From Candidatus Poribacteria bacterium (lineage in GTDB: Bacteria > Poribacteria > WGA-4E > WGA-3G): DNA of 64,000 bases. The stretch is from NCBI GenBank assembly GCA_963663765.2, contig CAXXUA010000003.1, positions 256,001-320,000 on the forward strand, written 5' to 3'. The translations under genes were made by a program, and so were the position numbers. Numbering within the stretch: the stretch's first letter is position 1; every line of letters starts with the position of its first letter. Below, one piece after another: positions 40,492 to 51,304 of the stretch. Below the pieces are notes generated by a model, which was given only the letters and a program-made list of their open reading frames with translations, ran no database searches and was not told the DNA's origin.

Positions 40492-41610
40492 CTAAGATCT
40501 AAATTCAATATCGTCCAATGAGTTTGCTTCAAGTATTTGTTCAAAAAGCATATCAAGTAACGTAAGGTCCTCAATCTCGCTTACCTGATTGATCACTGAT
40601 TCAGGGACATCAGTAAATTGGTAACGCAATAATTTAAGCACCGCTACCTGTTTCGCTCGGATTTCACCTTTCTCAATGCCTTGTTCAATGCCTTTCTCAA
40701 TGCCTTGTTCAATGCCTTTCTCAATGCCTTGTTCAATGCCTTGTTGTATAAGTGCTTCTGCTCCTGTCATAATAATATTTTCTACCTCCTTATCTTGTGT
40801 ATGTGTCCGAAGAAGTTGTACCAATTCTTCTCGTTCGTCTTCTGGTCTGCGGAAAAACACCAGAGAATACAGATACAATATTGCATTTTTCTGTTGTACC
40901 GCTTGATCAGGTGGCAATGTGTCCAAGTTTGAGAGTGCTGTTTGCAACGCTTCACGCATAGATGCTTCATCCGCACCTTCTTGCTTCAATACTGTAAGTA
41001 ACCAACCGAAGGGATGTCCTGTTTTCGTCAAATCATCCGCATCGGCGTCCTTCACACCGAGAAACAACGTGTCAAATGATGGTATAAACCGAGATACCAC
41101 ATCCGGCACATCCATCACTGCAGTTAGCGATAACGGTGTCTGCCATCGTTGTTCTCCAGTGTAATATACAATCGGTAGAATCGGACGTAGACGCCATTCG
41201 CCTTTTGGTAACTTTGCCTCCTCCAATTCACGACGCTGCCCATCCCAAATCTGACACATATAGTATAATAACCGAAACCCCATCATCGGGTCAACCGTTG
41301 ATTGATGTTCTATAAGAATATAGATCATCAGTTCCGATACCTCAGATGCTTCACGGAAAGGAACACAAAACACCATGTCAGATATGACTTCACGCAATCT
41401 GTCGTCAACATAACTCCGATTCAGTTCCTTCAATTGGTCAAAGTCCAGATAATCCACCAATTCTTGGGCAACGATCTCTACTAAACCCCGAACGTTCTTT
41501 TTTTCTTTGAACAACCACCTCGCACTTTTATCAGGATAATGTCCAATCCGCACATCAAATAAATCCTGTATTTCTATGATGTCACGGTGCTCTGTTTCTG
41601 TTTGCTGCAT
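40492..41610 (-). CDS. Rpn family PD-(D/E)XK nuclease (YhgA-like)
   Basis: SD.V, YILIEHQS..D.MMGFRLL.Y, LPIVYYTG..RW; EQGIEKG repeats before a DUF4351-like tail. Confidence 0.9.
   Translation of the reverse strand: MQQTETEHRDIIEIQDLFDVRIGHYPDKSARWLFKEKKNVRGLVEIVAQELVDYLDFDQLKELNRSYVDDRLREVISDMVFCVPFREASEVSELMIYILIEHQSTVDPMMGFRLLYYMCQIWDGQRRELEEAKLPKGEWRLRPILPIVYYTGEQRWQTPLSLTAVMDVPDVVSRFIPSFDTLFLGVKDADADDLTKTGHPFGWLLTVLKQEGADEASMREALQTALSNLDTLPPDQAVQQKNAILYLYSLVFFRRPEDEREELVQLLRTHTQDKEVENIIMTGAEALIQQGIEQGIEKGIEQGIEKGIEQGIEKGEIRAKQVAVLKLLRYQFTDVPESVINQVSEIEDLTLLDMLFEQILEANSLDDIEFRS
40668..40744 (-). repeat. 12-bp coding tandem repeat (GIEQ/GIEK)
   Basis: TCAATGCCTTGT / TCAATGCCTTTC units, about 6 copies. 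Confidence 0.85.
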
Positions 41611-41684
41611 CCAGCCTCCTCACCTATAACATAATCCCATAGCATTTTCAATGATCCAAGCAGATAGATTGGTAGTCGTAAGTA

Positions 41685-43325
41685 TCACACCGTTTCAGAC
41701 ATACGTTCCGCTAAACGGGCAAGCGCGGGTGACCTATCCAATTTTTCAAGTTCCGCTTCAATAAGTGTAAATTGCTGCGTTTCAGCAAAGGCAGTTTTCA
41801 TCGCCTCCTCAAACTCACCTTCTGTCCGCACATGAAACCCTCGTCCTGAACTAAAAAGTGATGGCATGCAGCTATAATTCCAACACCCGATATCGTTGAA
41901 ATCACCTTCAAGCAGATGTCGTTCCGTTCCATATCCATGGTTATTCAACAGCAGCACAATCGGGTTCAACCCATACCGAACGGTCGTAGACAACTCCGTC
42001 CCTGTCATCTGGAATGCACCATCGCCAACAATAACGAGTGGACGGGTGTTGGGCGTGCTGAGTTGCGCACCAACGGATGCTGGAACCGCAAAACCCATTG
42101 AAGTATAGTAGGCAGGACTCAAGAAGTTCGTGTGTTGTTGTATAACCAATTCTGCCGCACCAAACAGACTATCTCCCACATCAGCTATGACTGTCACTTC
42201 ATCAGTAATAAACTCATTCAGATGTTTGAACAGACGTTCAACTGTCAAGGACGCATCCGGTTTAACTTCAAACGGTTCTGTATCTGGGAATGCCCAACTT
42301 AAGTTCGGTTTTTTACGTTTACGGAGTTTTTGGCAATTCAATCCATCAACAAAATCGTCAAACATCACCGCTTCATAAGTATGATAACGGACATTTATTT
42401 TCTCTGAAGTCGCATAAATTGAACGGGATCGGTCAAGGTTTGCTGTGTAAATCCCAAGATTTACATCGGTCATGAACGCTCCAAGGATAATCACACAATC
42501 GGAATCTTCAACAAATTCCCTGATTTCATTTCTACCCATTGCTCCTTCATAAATACCTAAATAAAGCGGATGTGATTCTGGTATCACAGATTTACCCAGT
42601 AACGTTGCAACAACAGGGATACGTTTCTCTTCAACCAGTGTAAGCAATTTGTCTTGATACCCAAATCTATGGAGTTCTACACCTGCAAGGATAACGGGGT
42701 TCTTACTTTGATTGATGAATTTGACTGCATCTTCAACGGCGGCGTTCAACGTTTCTGGATCGCTAACGCGTCCCCCCGTTGAAGGACGCCGATAAAGCGT
42801 GCCACGCACATCTACCATATCACGAGGAAGTTCTATGTATCCCGGACGTTTATAGTGATATACAGCATCAAGCACCCGATCAATTTCGTTGAATGCGGTA
42901 AATGGTTCATCAAGCAACGCAGCAGCAACGGTGATTTCATCATAGATACGTTGCTGCGTGTGAAAATCTCTGACTTTATGGTGGAGGAGTGCATCTGTTC
43001 CACGTTCCTTGATACCCGGTGCCCCGCTTATCACAACAACGGGGGATTTTTCCGCATAAGCACCAGCGACTGCGTTCACCATAGACAAACCCCCGACACA
43101 GTATGTAATGCACGCAGCACCCATGCCTTTTGTGCGTGCATAAGCATCCGCTGCATAACCCGCAGCGTCTTCTCGTGTCATGCCGATGTGTTGAATATCG
43201 CTTTGCTCAATGAGGTTGTAGAAACGCAACACATAATCGCCAGGGATACCAAAGATGTGATCAATATCGTAACTTTTCAGTTTTTTGAGTAGGTATTCAC
43301 CGATAGTCGGGGGTCTGTTACGCAT
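41685..43325 (-). CDS. ThDP-dependent alpha-keto acid decarboxylase (indolepyruvate/pyruvate decarboxylase family)
   Basis: FGIPGDY, LLHH, GDGAFQMT..ELST, NNHGY. Confidence 0.92.
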   Translation of the reverse strand: MRNRPPTIGEYLLKKLKSYDIDHIFGIPGDYVLRFYNLIEQSDIQHIGMTREDAAGYAADAYARTKGMGAACITYCVGGLSMVNAVAGAYAEKSPVVVISGAPGIKERGTDALLHHKVRDFHTQQRIYDEITVAAALLDEPFTAFNEIDRVLDAVYHYKRPGYIELPRDMVDVRGTLYRRPSTGGRVSDPETLNAAVEDAVKFINQSKNPVILAGVELHRFGYQDKLLTLVEEKRIPVVATLLGKSVIPESHPLYLGIYEGAMGRNEIREFVEDSDCVIILGAFMTDVNLGIYTANLDRSRSIYATSEKINVRYHTYEAVMFDDFVDGLNCQKLRKRKKPNLSWAFPDTEPFEVKPDASLTVERLFKHLNEFITDEVTVIADVGDSLFGAAELVIQQHTNFLSPAYYTSMGFAVPASVGAQLSTPNTRPLVIVGDGAFQMTGTELSTTVRYGLNPIVLLLNNHGYGTERHLLEGDFNDIGCWNYSCMPSLFSSGRGFHVRTEGEFEEAMKTAFAETQQFTLIEAELEKLDRSPALARLAERMSETV

Positions 43326-43353
43326 AGGTCACCTCACTGTGCATAGTTGTTTA

Positions 43354-44019
43354 CTAAAAATTTTGGGTTGCAACAATGGCTGCATCTGGAACTTTTCGGA
43401 TATTTATCGTGATTTTCTCACGTCTTGGACTACCATCGGCATTTCTAAACCCTTTCTGAAATGAACCACAACATAAACTTAGCGTTTCAACATCAAAACA
43501 GATAAAGTGAATTTCCGATAAAACAAACTCTGTTTTACGTCTTCGTGACATTGCTCCTCTATTAATTCGGTTTACTTCATATTTGCTGATTCCCTCTTTC
43601 AGCTCATCATGCCAGTTCTTAAATGTTCTTTCTTCATCATTATACTCAACTTCACCAATTGCAAGAATTACTCCGTAGTGACCATAATCATTTATTGTGT
43701 TTGTAATAGCTTCCGCATCATTCGTAATGACCGTATGGTTAGTCGTATTTGCTGCATGTGCTTTGAAGTCCCATGAGATTTCACTAAATGCGTCAAACTC
43801 AGTATTGCCATACTTTTTTCCGGGCATATCAATAATGTTAGTGAAATTATTTTGACATAAAAATTCAAAGTAAAATCCCATCCACTCCATTTGCTTCCAC
43901 TGCTTTGATCCTGCTTCTTTCATTTCAATGATAGAGTTTCTACCGTCCCAAACTTTTGGTATATTTTGCGAAGAAATCTGCAATTTTTTAATTGTGTCTA
44001 CAATCTTCTGATCTAACAT
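43354..44019 (-). CDS. Putative type II restriction endonuclease
   Basis: 6 bp downstream of an MTase; EW.GFYFE and FDAF...WDFK resemble a PD-(D/E)XK motif. Confidence 0.55.
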   Translation of the reverse strand: MLDQKIVDTIKKLQISSQNIPKVWDGRNSIIEMKEAGSKQWKQMEWMGFYFEFLCQNNFTNIIDMPGKKYGNTEFDAFSEISWDFKAHAANTTNHTVITNDAEAITNTINDYGHYGVILAIGEVEYNDEERTFKNWHDELKEGISKYEVNRINRGAMSRRRKTEFVLSEIHFICFDVETLSLCCGSFQKGFRNADGSPRREKITINIRKVPDAAIVATQNF

Positions 44020-44025
44020 GAAAAA

Positions 44026-44841
44026 TTATTCTTCCTCTCTGAATAAACCCCATGAGGGTTCATCTTCCGTTTTATGAATTAGATATTTCCCTGACTCAAG
44101 TCTCTCGCGGGCAAATTCATAATATGCAGGAACTATCTCAAAACCAATATAACGTCGTTCCTTCATTTTGCTTACGACTGCAACCTGTCCAGAACCCAAA
44201 AACGGATCCAAAACAACATCACCCTTCTGGCTTGAATAATCAAGGATTTTTTCAATCAGTTCAGCTGGCAATTTCGTCGGCGTCTTTATAGCACCCTGCC
44301 AATATTCTCTCTTGATTTCCCAAACATCTTCCTTGTCTCTGTAGTGTGCGGATCCACCGTTTTCTGTTTTTGCTTCTTTACCAAAGCGACGGTATGGATA
44401 AAATTGTCGTTTTTTATCGTTCTTACATAGGAAGAGACAATGGTAGTGAGAAGTAACATATTTACGTTTGGTCACAACTCCGAACTGATATTTCCAAATG
44501 AGGTGATTAACCGTTATAAGTTTGCACGAATCAATTGCAATCAAAAGGTCTTTCAAATAATTCCAACCTGAAAAGATATACATACTTCCAGAATCTTTTA
44601 GCACTCTTGTTGCTTCTGACAGCCATTCAAGTGTAAACTCAAGATAGTCACTTCCCTCAATTTCATTGTAACCTTCAAGCACACGATTACCTGTCCGATT
44701 GTAGTTGTGTCGTGTTGCTTTGAAATCAATGGCAAAAGGCGGATCTGTTATGACAAGATCAACACACGCATCCGGAATTTCAGTCATCAGCTGAATGCAA
44801 TCACCTTGTCTAATGGTATCAATATAGTCAAATTGTTTCAT
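44026..44841 (-). CDS. N4/N6 DNA methyltransferase (beta class)
   Basis: TDPPF, PTKLP, LDPFLGSG, GFEI; start moved to MKQFD. Confidence 0.93.
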   Translation of the reverse strand: MKQFDYIDTIRQGDCIQLMTEIPDACVDLVITDPPFAIDFKATRHNYNRTGNRVLEGYNEIEGSDYLEFTLEWLSEATRVLKDSGSMYIFSGWNYLKDLLIAIDSCKLITVNHLIWKYQFGVVTKRKYVTSHYHCLFLCKNDKKRQFYPYRRFGKEAKTENGGSAHYRDKEDVWEIKREYWQGAIKTPTKLPAELIEKILDYSSQKGDVVLDPFLGSGQVAVVSKMKERRYIGFEIVPAYYEFARERLESGKYLIHKTEDEPSWGLFREEE

Positions 44842-44884
44842 GTTTAATATCCACGCTGTGGAAGTATTACAATTGCTCCTTGAT

Positions 44885-45334
44885 TCAAAACTGCTTATCA
44901 CTATCTAACAGGATAGTCACAGGACCATCGTTAATCAATTCCACATCCATCATCGCTTGAAAAGTGCCACCCAGTGTTGGAATATTGAGCTGACTTAAGG
45001 TTGAGATAAATTCCTCATACAAAGCATTAGCAACATCAGGACGCGCAGCCTCTATAAAACTGGGTCGTCGTCCCTTACGACAATCACCATAGAGTGTGAA
45101 CTGAGAGACAACAAGCGCAGAACCACCAGTATCAAGCAGTGAACAGTTCATCTTGCCATCAGCATCCTCAAAGATACGCAGATTAGCAACTTTGTTAGCG
45201 ATATATTCCAATTCTGTTTCAGTATCATCATGTGCAATGCCAAGGAATATCAGCAATCCCACACCGATTTCAGAAACGAGTTCACCGTCCACTTTCACAC
45301 TTGCTGATTTGACGCGTTGAATAACTGCTCTCAT
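44885..45334 (-). CDS. dtd: D-aminoacyl-tRNA deacylase
   Basis: [36 protein letters not shown]. Confidence 0.97.
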   Translation of the reverse strand: MRAVIQRVKSASVKVDGELVSEIGVGLLIFLGIAHDDTETELEYIANKVANLRIFEDADGKMNCSLLDTGGSALVVSQFTLYGDCRKGRRPSFIEAARPDVANALYEEFISTLSQLNIPTLGGTFQAMMDVELINDGPVTILLDSDKQF

Positions 45335-45365
45335 ATATATTCTTTGTATCACCCTTTCGGTTGCC

Positions 45366-46307
45366 CTAAAACAGCAACTTATTTCCTTCCAACGCCTTCG
45401 CTTGTTCACCACTGAGTGTTAAATTAAACTGAATACCGGGTAACGTACTGAGCCCAATCTGAAAAACCAAATTATTTGAAACTTCATATCGTAAGGCAAG
45501 ACCAATAATGTTTGATATGTTCAATCCTGAATACTGGATTTCACGTGAAAAATCCCCAGCAATCCATAAATTACCTGCCACAGCAATCTCACCCCCAACT
45601 TGGTAATTGAGTGTAAAAAGATCAGTCGTATTCAGTGCTTTTGAGTTTAAAAACACTCCCGCTCCAGCGTGAACCTTAAAATACTTGCCGATTCTTTGTG
45701 TGCCAACACAATAGGTGTTAAGACCTACAAATGGAAAACCATCTATGGGACTACCATCACGAAACTCGTTATCAACATTCAATTTATCATCTGCTGTAAA
45801 TCCTGAATAGACATGACCACCGACAGAGATACTCGGCAAACCATCATTTTTTTCAGGTTTTAAATTATATTTGAGACCGATGAGCCCGTCATAAATAGGT
45901 TGGTTATAGACCCTTTTCGCATTCAGTTCTGGTATATTGCTGTCATAGTAATCGTGGACAATTTTTTTTGCTCCCCCAGTCGTCAGCGTCGTTCCTAATT
46001 GCAGGTCAAGTGAATCACTTAATCCATAAGTAAATCTGATAGGCACGATGAATGTGTTAAGTTCATAAGTGACCCTACGTGATTCCTGAAACCCACCAAT
46101 AATAATATCCTGCTTCAGGATTGGTAAAATATTATCTATGGTATGTTGAAACAAACCAAACGACGTATGAGATCCGCCTTTACCAAGTGTTTCCGCTGTT
46201 TGCATAGTTGTGAGTTGTGGATTCGCTGGGGTTTGCGCAAATATTGGAGTATAAATCCCTAAGAAAACGAATATAATTCCTAAAATTATGCGGTTTTTAA
46301 AGAGCAT
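45366..46307 (-). CDS. Hypothetical exported, probably beta-barrel protein
   Basis: Signal peptide, QTAETLGKG motif, alternating amphipathic strands. Confidence 0.6.
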   Translation of the reverse strand: MLFKNRIILGIIFVFLGIYTPIFAQTPANPQLTTMQTAETLGKGGSHTSFGLFQHTIDNILPILKQDIIIGGFQESRRVTYELNTFIVPIRFTYGLSDSLDLQLGTTLTTGGAKKIVHDYYDSNIPELNAKRVYNQPIYDGLIGLKYNLKPEKNDGLPSISVGGHVYSGFTADDKLNVDNEFRDGSPIDGFPFVGLNTYCVGTQRIGKYFKVHAGAGVFLNSKALNTTDLFTLNYQVGGEIAVAGNLWIAGDFSREIQYSGLNISNIIGLALRYEVSNNLVFQIGLSTLPGIQFNLTLSGEQAKALEGNKLLF

Positions 46308-46330
46308 TGTTTTCCTCTAAAAGTCTTTTA

Positions 46331-47479
46331 TTAAAAAATTTGATTTAATTGTTCTGCTTCCGTCATTTCACTTTCATCACGTTTACCATTATCAGCACGT
46401 GTATTGTCATACGCAGTGATAAAATATGGCTTTTCATCAAGGGCTTGGCCAACGATATTCGGGTCCTCTCCAATGATCGTAATGCTTGTTTCATCCCGAT
46501 GTAAGTTGCGCCGGACAAGGAGTTCTCCTTCTGCATTCTTGGTATATATTTGGTACCCATCAAGATCAATCTCTTTGTTGGCATCCCATGATAAGATTAC
46601 ATCATACTTTGTATTGAAGAGTGATAGCGGGACATAGTAAACGGTAAAGTTTTTCGGGGGTGCTGGCGGAAGATTCGGTGATGTAGCACGAATAGTTGTA
46701 ATACCTTCAACGCCAAATTCATCCACTGCAGCAATCCTGTATACTTTTGTGGAACCATCCTTTTGGAATCTGGTGTCAAAGTAATACTGTTCACCTTCTG
46801 TTAATTCAGCTGCAAGTAAAAAGTTTAGTTGTCTGTCACCACCAACATCTAACGCAGAATACACTCGAAAAAAAGAAAAATCATCAGGAAATTCATAACC
46901 TTCCCATAAGAGACCCACAGTTAAATTTCTTGGCACTTCACTCAATGTAACTACTGGAGGCGGTGGGGCAATACTCGGTGTTACAGTCGCAGTCTGCCAT
47001 ATTCGCAAAGGTTCTACTGTTAGACTCGGAGGATTCATCGGATCCGGTGTTTCAACTCCATCTGAATCAACATAAGAGATGCGATATTCATAAGAAAGCA
47101 CATTCCCATTAGAATCTTTACGATCATTTTCTATATTTTGTGCGTCCACAAACTCACTTGCTGGCGCATCCACCGTTGCAATTAACACATAAGGTTCTTC
47201 AGAATAACTTGTTGACCGGCGGTAAATCTTATATGACATGATACCTGCATGTCCGGAATCCGCCCAAGTAATACGCACCTGTTGATCCCCTGGATAGAGT
47301 TTCAATCCGAGTGGCGCGCCTGATGTTCGGAGATTTTCTGTGTCCAGTGGGTTCGCGAAATCTTCACTGCTTGTGCATGCAATAAACGGCGTGAAAATCA
47401 GAAAAAGTAGCAGAAAACGCCATAATTTATATGTAAACTGGATACATCGTCTATTATAGAACCTATGTAATGAATCCAT
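46331..47479 (-). CDS. Fibronectin type III repeat lipoprotein
   Basis: Lipobox-like FIAC, ANPLD, three FN3-like units (V.ITW...Y.IYR...YEYRIS); start moved to MDSLH behind GGAGG. Confidence 0.75.
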   Translation of the reverse strand: MDSLHRFYNRRCIQFTYKLWRFLLLFLIFTPFIACTSSEDFANPLDTENLRTSGAPLGLKLYPGDQQVRITWADSGHAGIMSYKIYRRSTSYSEEPYVLIATVDAPASEFVDAQNIENDRKDSNGNVLSYEYRISYVDSDGVETPDPMNPPSLTVEPLRIWQTATVTPSIAPPPPVVTLSEVPRNLTVGLLWEGYEFPDDFSFFRVYSALDVGGDRQLNFLLAAELTEGEQYYFDTRFQKDGSTKVYRIAAVDEFGVEGITTIRATSPNLPPAPPKNFTVYYVPLSLFNTKYDVILSWDANKEIDLDGYQIYTKNAEGELLVRRNLHRDETSITIIGEDPNIVGQALDEKPYFITAYDNTRADNGKRDESEMTEAEQLNQIF

Positions 47480-47513
47480 CCCGTTCCTCCTTTTCATTAG
47501 ACCAAATACATAA

Positions 47514-48050
47514 TTAAAAACGGTGTGTATATTGTAAGTAGAATCTTTGTGTTTGGAAATCAATCTTTGGAAGAATATTTTCGGATCTTGTTGATCGCAG
47601 AGAATACACACCAAAACCCAGATCTGATGATGTAAAACTTGATGGGTACTGTGATATAACGTTAACTGTATTAGGTATTGATGTTTCTGTAGGAACAGTG
47701 TCAGTGCTGGAATTGAGTTGGTCAACTATAGATATAAGTACTGCGAGTCCGATACATCCTAAACCGACGCGCGACATGATAATGCTTGTATTTTGCCTGT
47801 CCAAAACGACACTTTTTCGGCTTTGAATATCTGCTTGGATAGAAGCGGAGAGATACTCATCATATTCTTCCTGAGCGGAAGTATTCATAAACGTACTGCC
47901 TACTTGTAATCCCAACCCCGACGATAACAGTGTAATAGCAGCCACTCGTGAACGCCGTCCAGCTTCCGCAGGTACAATCACCATATTTAGGATAAAAATG
48001 CAACTTAAAATGAATGTAAACCGTTTTAAATACGTTCTATAATACCTCAT
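47514..48050 (-). CDS. Hypothetical membrane/exported protein
   Basis: Signal peptide plus two hydrophobic segments; first gene of the run ending in dtd. Confidence 0.6.
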   Translation of the reverse strand: MRYYRTYLKRFTFILSCIFILNMVIVPAEAGRRSRVAAITLLSSGLGLQVGSTFMNTSAQEEYDEYLSASIQADIQSRKSVVLDRQNTSIIMSRVGLGCIGLAVLISIVDQLNSSTDTVPTETSIPNTVNVISQYPSSFTSSDLGFGVYSLRSTRSENILPKIDFQTQRFYLQYTHRF

Positions 48051-48258
48051 TGAAGTAATCCTTTTTAGTTCATTCGTTTGTTTAAAAGTGTACCCTATCT
48101 GTTTCTAAAAGTCAATGCAATCTGCAGAATGAAACTGCGAGGTTCTTTAGTTTTCCTAATGTTCGGATTTTCAAAATGAAACCCCGTGGTAGGTGCGACC
48201 TCCCGGACTCGATTTTCGCAGGAAACGTGTAAAATGGGTAGAACTAAATAACCCTGCT

Positions 48259-49717
48259 GGGTGTGTAAAGTTTTTGGCATGGACATCATGCTGCTTTTGT
48301 GTTTGGATACCAATATCTGTCCCAAGCCTTATTCTTTGACAAACATCTCCACTTTAGCACAGCATTGATGCCCGGTTGCTCCCATCTCATAGCTGCTTGT
48401 TTACACCTTTCTCCGACAACATGTTTACATGCACTTTCAATCACACCACTTCCAATCATATACCCTTTTTCTCTAAACGCTTTATACTGCATGCGGTTTG
48501 CATGTTTTTCAAAATATCTTGCTTCTCTTTCTAAACTCTCTGACACCTCTGCGTGCTGTGTGGCTAAGGCACGAATGCTTGAGGCAACTTCTGCGATGTT
48601 CCCATCATGCAGAAAACATTCTGTTTCTTTTATCCACGCTTCAAACAGCTCCGTTTCTGTCTCTTCAAACACAAGTTTCGCAACATCATACAGATGAGAC
48701 ACGGCGTGTGGATAATCCACAATCTGAACAGCATTCGGAAAGTATTCTTTACAAAGGTTCCAAATCCACGCAGCACCATCTCCGATAAATACAATCTCTT
48801 GTGTATTTATATCTTTTTGATAGATGCCACTTTGTAGTGCTAACGCATACAACTTTTTACCAAATGCGGCGGCATTTTGACGACCCGCAACATACCGAAT
48901 ACTTTCTGTTCTCACACTCGGGGTCCCACCCGAAACAGGTTGTGGATAATCTCTGTAAATACACCCCACTTTCACCTCTTTCCACCCATCCGGAGAGTTC
49001 GTGTGGCACCCATCGCAACTCACATACCAACGCTGATTTTCCGCAAGTTCTTGAGCCTCTACTTGTTCACATACATCCAAATCTTCTGCCAACTTACACA
49101 CACTTTGATGAAGTGTCGTGTGACTCACTTCTATCCCTTGATGAGACAACTCCTCTGATGCTTCCCTATAGTCAAGCCGCGCAGACAAACGACACATCGC
49201 TTCAACAACACGATGCGTGTATTGATCCGATAACTTCTGTTTGACTTCCCACGGGGCATGCCTATGTCCGTGTTCACAACAATACACCCAACGCCTTGGA
49301 CTTATTTTGCCACAAAGAGTTGTTAGATGTTTCGCACGCTTGCGTAATGGACGACAAGGTGCTTGACACTCTGGACATTCAACAGGTTCACTCTCTTTCT
49401 TACCTGCCTTTTTAGACACACACACTTCTAAAAACTTTTGTTCAAGAGAACGAAATGCTTCGGAAACACGAACTTCAACATCATCTAAAGATAAACTCTC
49501 GTCAGCATCAATGTCTCCATAGAGATCGGTTACTTCTTTGACAATCTTTCTAAAATCATCTTCCCAATCATTGCTTTCATGAACACTTAATGATATACTT
49601 GACATTGGTATCCTCTCCTAAAATTGAAATTTATTTATTAGGTTAGGATACCATGTGTATACATTCTGAGCAAGAACTCCATTCAAGGCATTTTCATGCC
49701 AAAAACTTTACACACCC
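48259..49717 (-). mobile_element. ISKra4-like insertion sequence
   Basis: Perfect 23-bp TIR GGGTGTGTAAAGTTTTTGGCATG (48259-48281 / 49695-49717) around the transposase; no TSD seen. Confidence 0.88.
48286..49605 (-). CDS. ISKra4-family (UPF0236) DDE transposase
   Basis: CPEC, SCDG, WKEVKVG, IGDGAAWIW, D..HA..HL, IGSGVIESACK, R.K...MRW. Confidence 0.9.
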   Translation of the reverse strand: MSSISLSVHESNDWEDDFRKIVKEVTDLYGDIDADESLSLDDVEVRVSEAFRSLEQKFLEVCVSKKAGKKESEPVECPECQAPCRPLRKRAKHLTTLCGKISPRRWVYCCEHGHRHAPWEVKQKLSDQYTHRVVEAMCRLSARLDYREASEELSHQGIEVSHTTLHQSVCKLAEDLDVCEQVEAQELAENQRWYVSCDGCHTNSPDGWKEVKVGCIYRDYPQPVSGGTPSVRTESIRYVAGRQNAAAFGKKLYALALQSGIYQKDINTQEIVFIGDGAAWIWNLCKEYFPNAVQIVDYPHAVSHLYDVAKLVFEETETELFEAWIKETECFLHDGNIAEVASSIRALATQHAEVSESLEREARYFEKHANRMQYKAFREKGYMIGSGVIESACKHVVGERCKQAAMRWEQPGINAVLKWRCLSKNKAWDRYWYPNTKAA

Positions 49718-49785
49718 CGAAATCCGTAAACCGTTGACATTTTACATAAGAACTGATACCCTATACAGCAAGGAGGAGAAACATC

Positions 49786-51174
49786 ATGGCAACGTTAATG
49801 CAAACTGAAAATCGTATCAGACCGATCTATATTGATGGATACACCCACAAATTGAGTTACGAACCCGGTGAAGATATTGCGTTCCATGTCTCAACAAGTG
49901 CAGGAAACTACTCCTTGGAAATTGCACGCATCGGTGTGACACGTGAAGTCGTATACAACGAATCTGGACTCCCAGGAAAAGCGCAACCAGTCCCTGAAAA
50001 CGCCTCATCACACGGATGTGGTTGGAATGCGACTTTTACAATTGAAGTACCAGACACATGGCAAAGCGGTTATTATGAAGGCACCCTTCGCGCAACTGAT
50101 GGTGGCGGTGACTCTATTTATAGAAACCATCGTACTGCAGAGAGTTCACTGTTCTTCATCATTCGTGCTTCCAAACCGGGTGAAAACACACCTATTCTCC
50201 TCCAACTCTCTACCAACACCTACAACGCTTACAATAACTGGGGCGGTTTTAGTCTCTACGGATTTCACGGACACAGTAAGTTACAAGGCAACCGTGTTTC
50301 ATTTGACCGTCCTACTGGAGGCATTTTTAGAAATTGGGAATTACCCTTCATCGTCTGGGCAGAGCAGAACGGATATTCACTTGATTATGCAGTGAATAGT
50401 GACTTGGAATTCCATCCTGAGATATTGGAACATTACAAACTCGTAATGAGCGTTGGGCATGACGAATACTGGTCTGCACCGATGCGTGATAACCTTGAAG
50501 ATTTCATCGCAAATGGTGGTAATGTTGCCTTTTTCAGTGGCAATTCTGTGTGTTGGCAGGTACGTTCTGAAGACAATGGACGCGCCCTCGTCTGCTGGAA
50601 ACAGAGTTACAACCAAGACCCTGTCTATAAAACCGATGATTACAGCACGCTGAGTACCCTGTGGAGTCACTATCTGGTAAACCGACCTGAAAATCAACTG
50701 ACAGGTGTCGGGTTCTTACAAGGCGGTTATCATTTGAGTCACGGGCAGTTTATGGATGGTAGTGGTGAATACACAGTACACCGTCCTGAACATTGGGTGT
50801 TTGAAGGCACAAACTTAGCAAGAGATGACACATTCGGTGGAGAGCATACCATCGTTGGCTATGAATGTGATGGGTGTGAATTCACGCTTGAAGATGGTCT
50901 ACCCGTACCAACCTATAAAGATAGCACACCTGAAGGATTTACCATCCTCGCAACTGCACCTGTCCGTTGGCATCCTGATGATTGCGAATGGTATGAACGT
51001 TGGGAACAAGGACATACTGGCGCAGCAACAATGGGTATCTATACAAAAGGCGGTACCGTCTTTACCGCTGCTACGACAGACTGGTCGCACGGATTGGCTG
51101 GTGGCGATGCTGTTGTTGAACGTATTACGCACAATGTTTTGCGAAGGCTTTCAGGAAAAAACGTAGACATTTAA
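49786..51174 (+). CDS. N,N-dimethylformamidase large-subunit-like protein (DUF6605)
   Basis: NTYNAYNNWGG.SLY, VSFDRP, SVGHDEYWS, FSGN...WQVR, VGYECDG, GTVF.AAT.DW. Confidence 0.85.
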   Translation: MATLMQTENRIRPIYIDGYTHKLSYEPGEDIAFHVSTSAGNYSLEIARIGVTREVVYNESGLPGKAQPVPENASSHGCGWNATFTIEVPDTWQSGYYEGTLRATDGGGDSIYRNHRTAESSLFFIIRASKPGENTPILLQLSTNTYNAYNNWGGFSLYGFHGHSKLQGNRVSFDRPTGGIFRNWELPFIVWAEQNGYSLDYAVNSDLEFHPEILEHYKLVMSVGHDEYWSAPMRDNLEDFIANGGNVAFFSGNSVCWQVRSEDNGRALVCWKQSYNQDPVYKTDDYSTLSTLWSHYLVNRPENQLTGVGFLQGGYHLSHGQFMDGSGEYTVHRPEHWVFEGTNLARDDTFGGEHTIVGYECDGCEFTLEDGLPVPTYKDSTPEGFTILATAPVRWHPDDCEWYERWEQGHTGAATMGIYTKGGTVFTAATTDWSHGLAGGDAVVERITHNVLRRLSGKNVDI

Positions 51175-51304
51175 CTTCAGGTTTTTGTGTTTTTATACCA
51201 AATAAACCCAATTTGTAGCGCAAGGTATCCGTGCCTCGCAATACTAACTTTAACTTGATGTGCCAGCGCGCTTACAAAGCACGCCTACCGTTGGTGAAAG
51301 ATAT

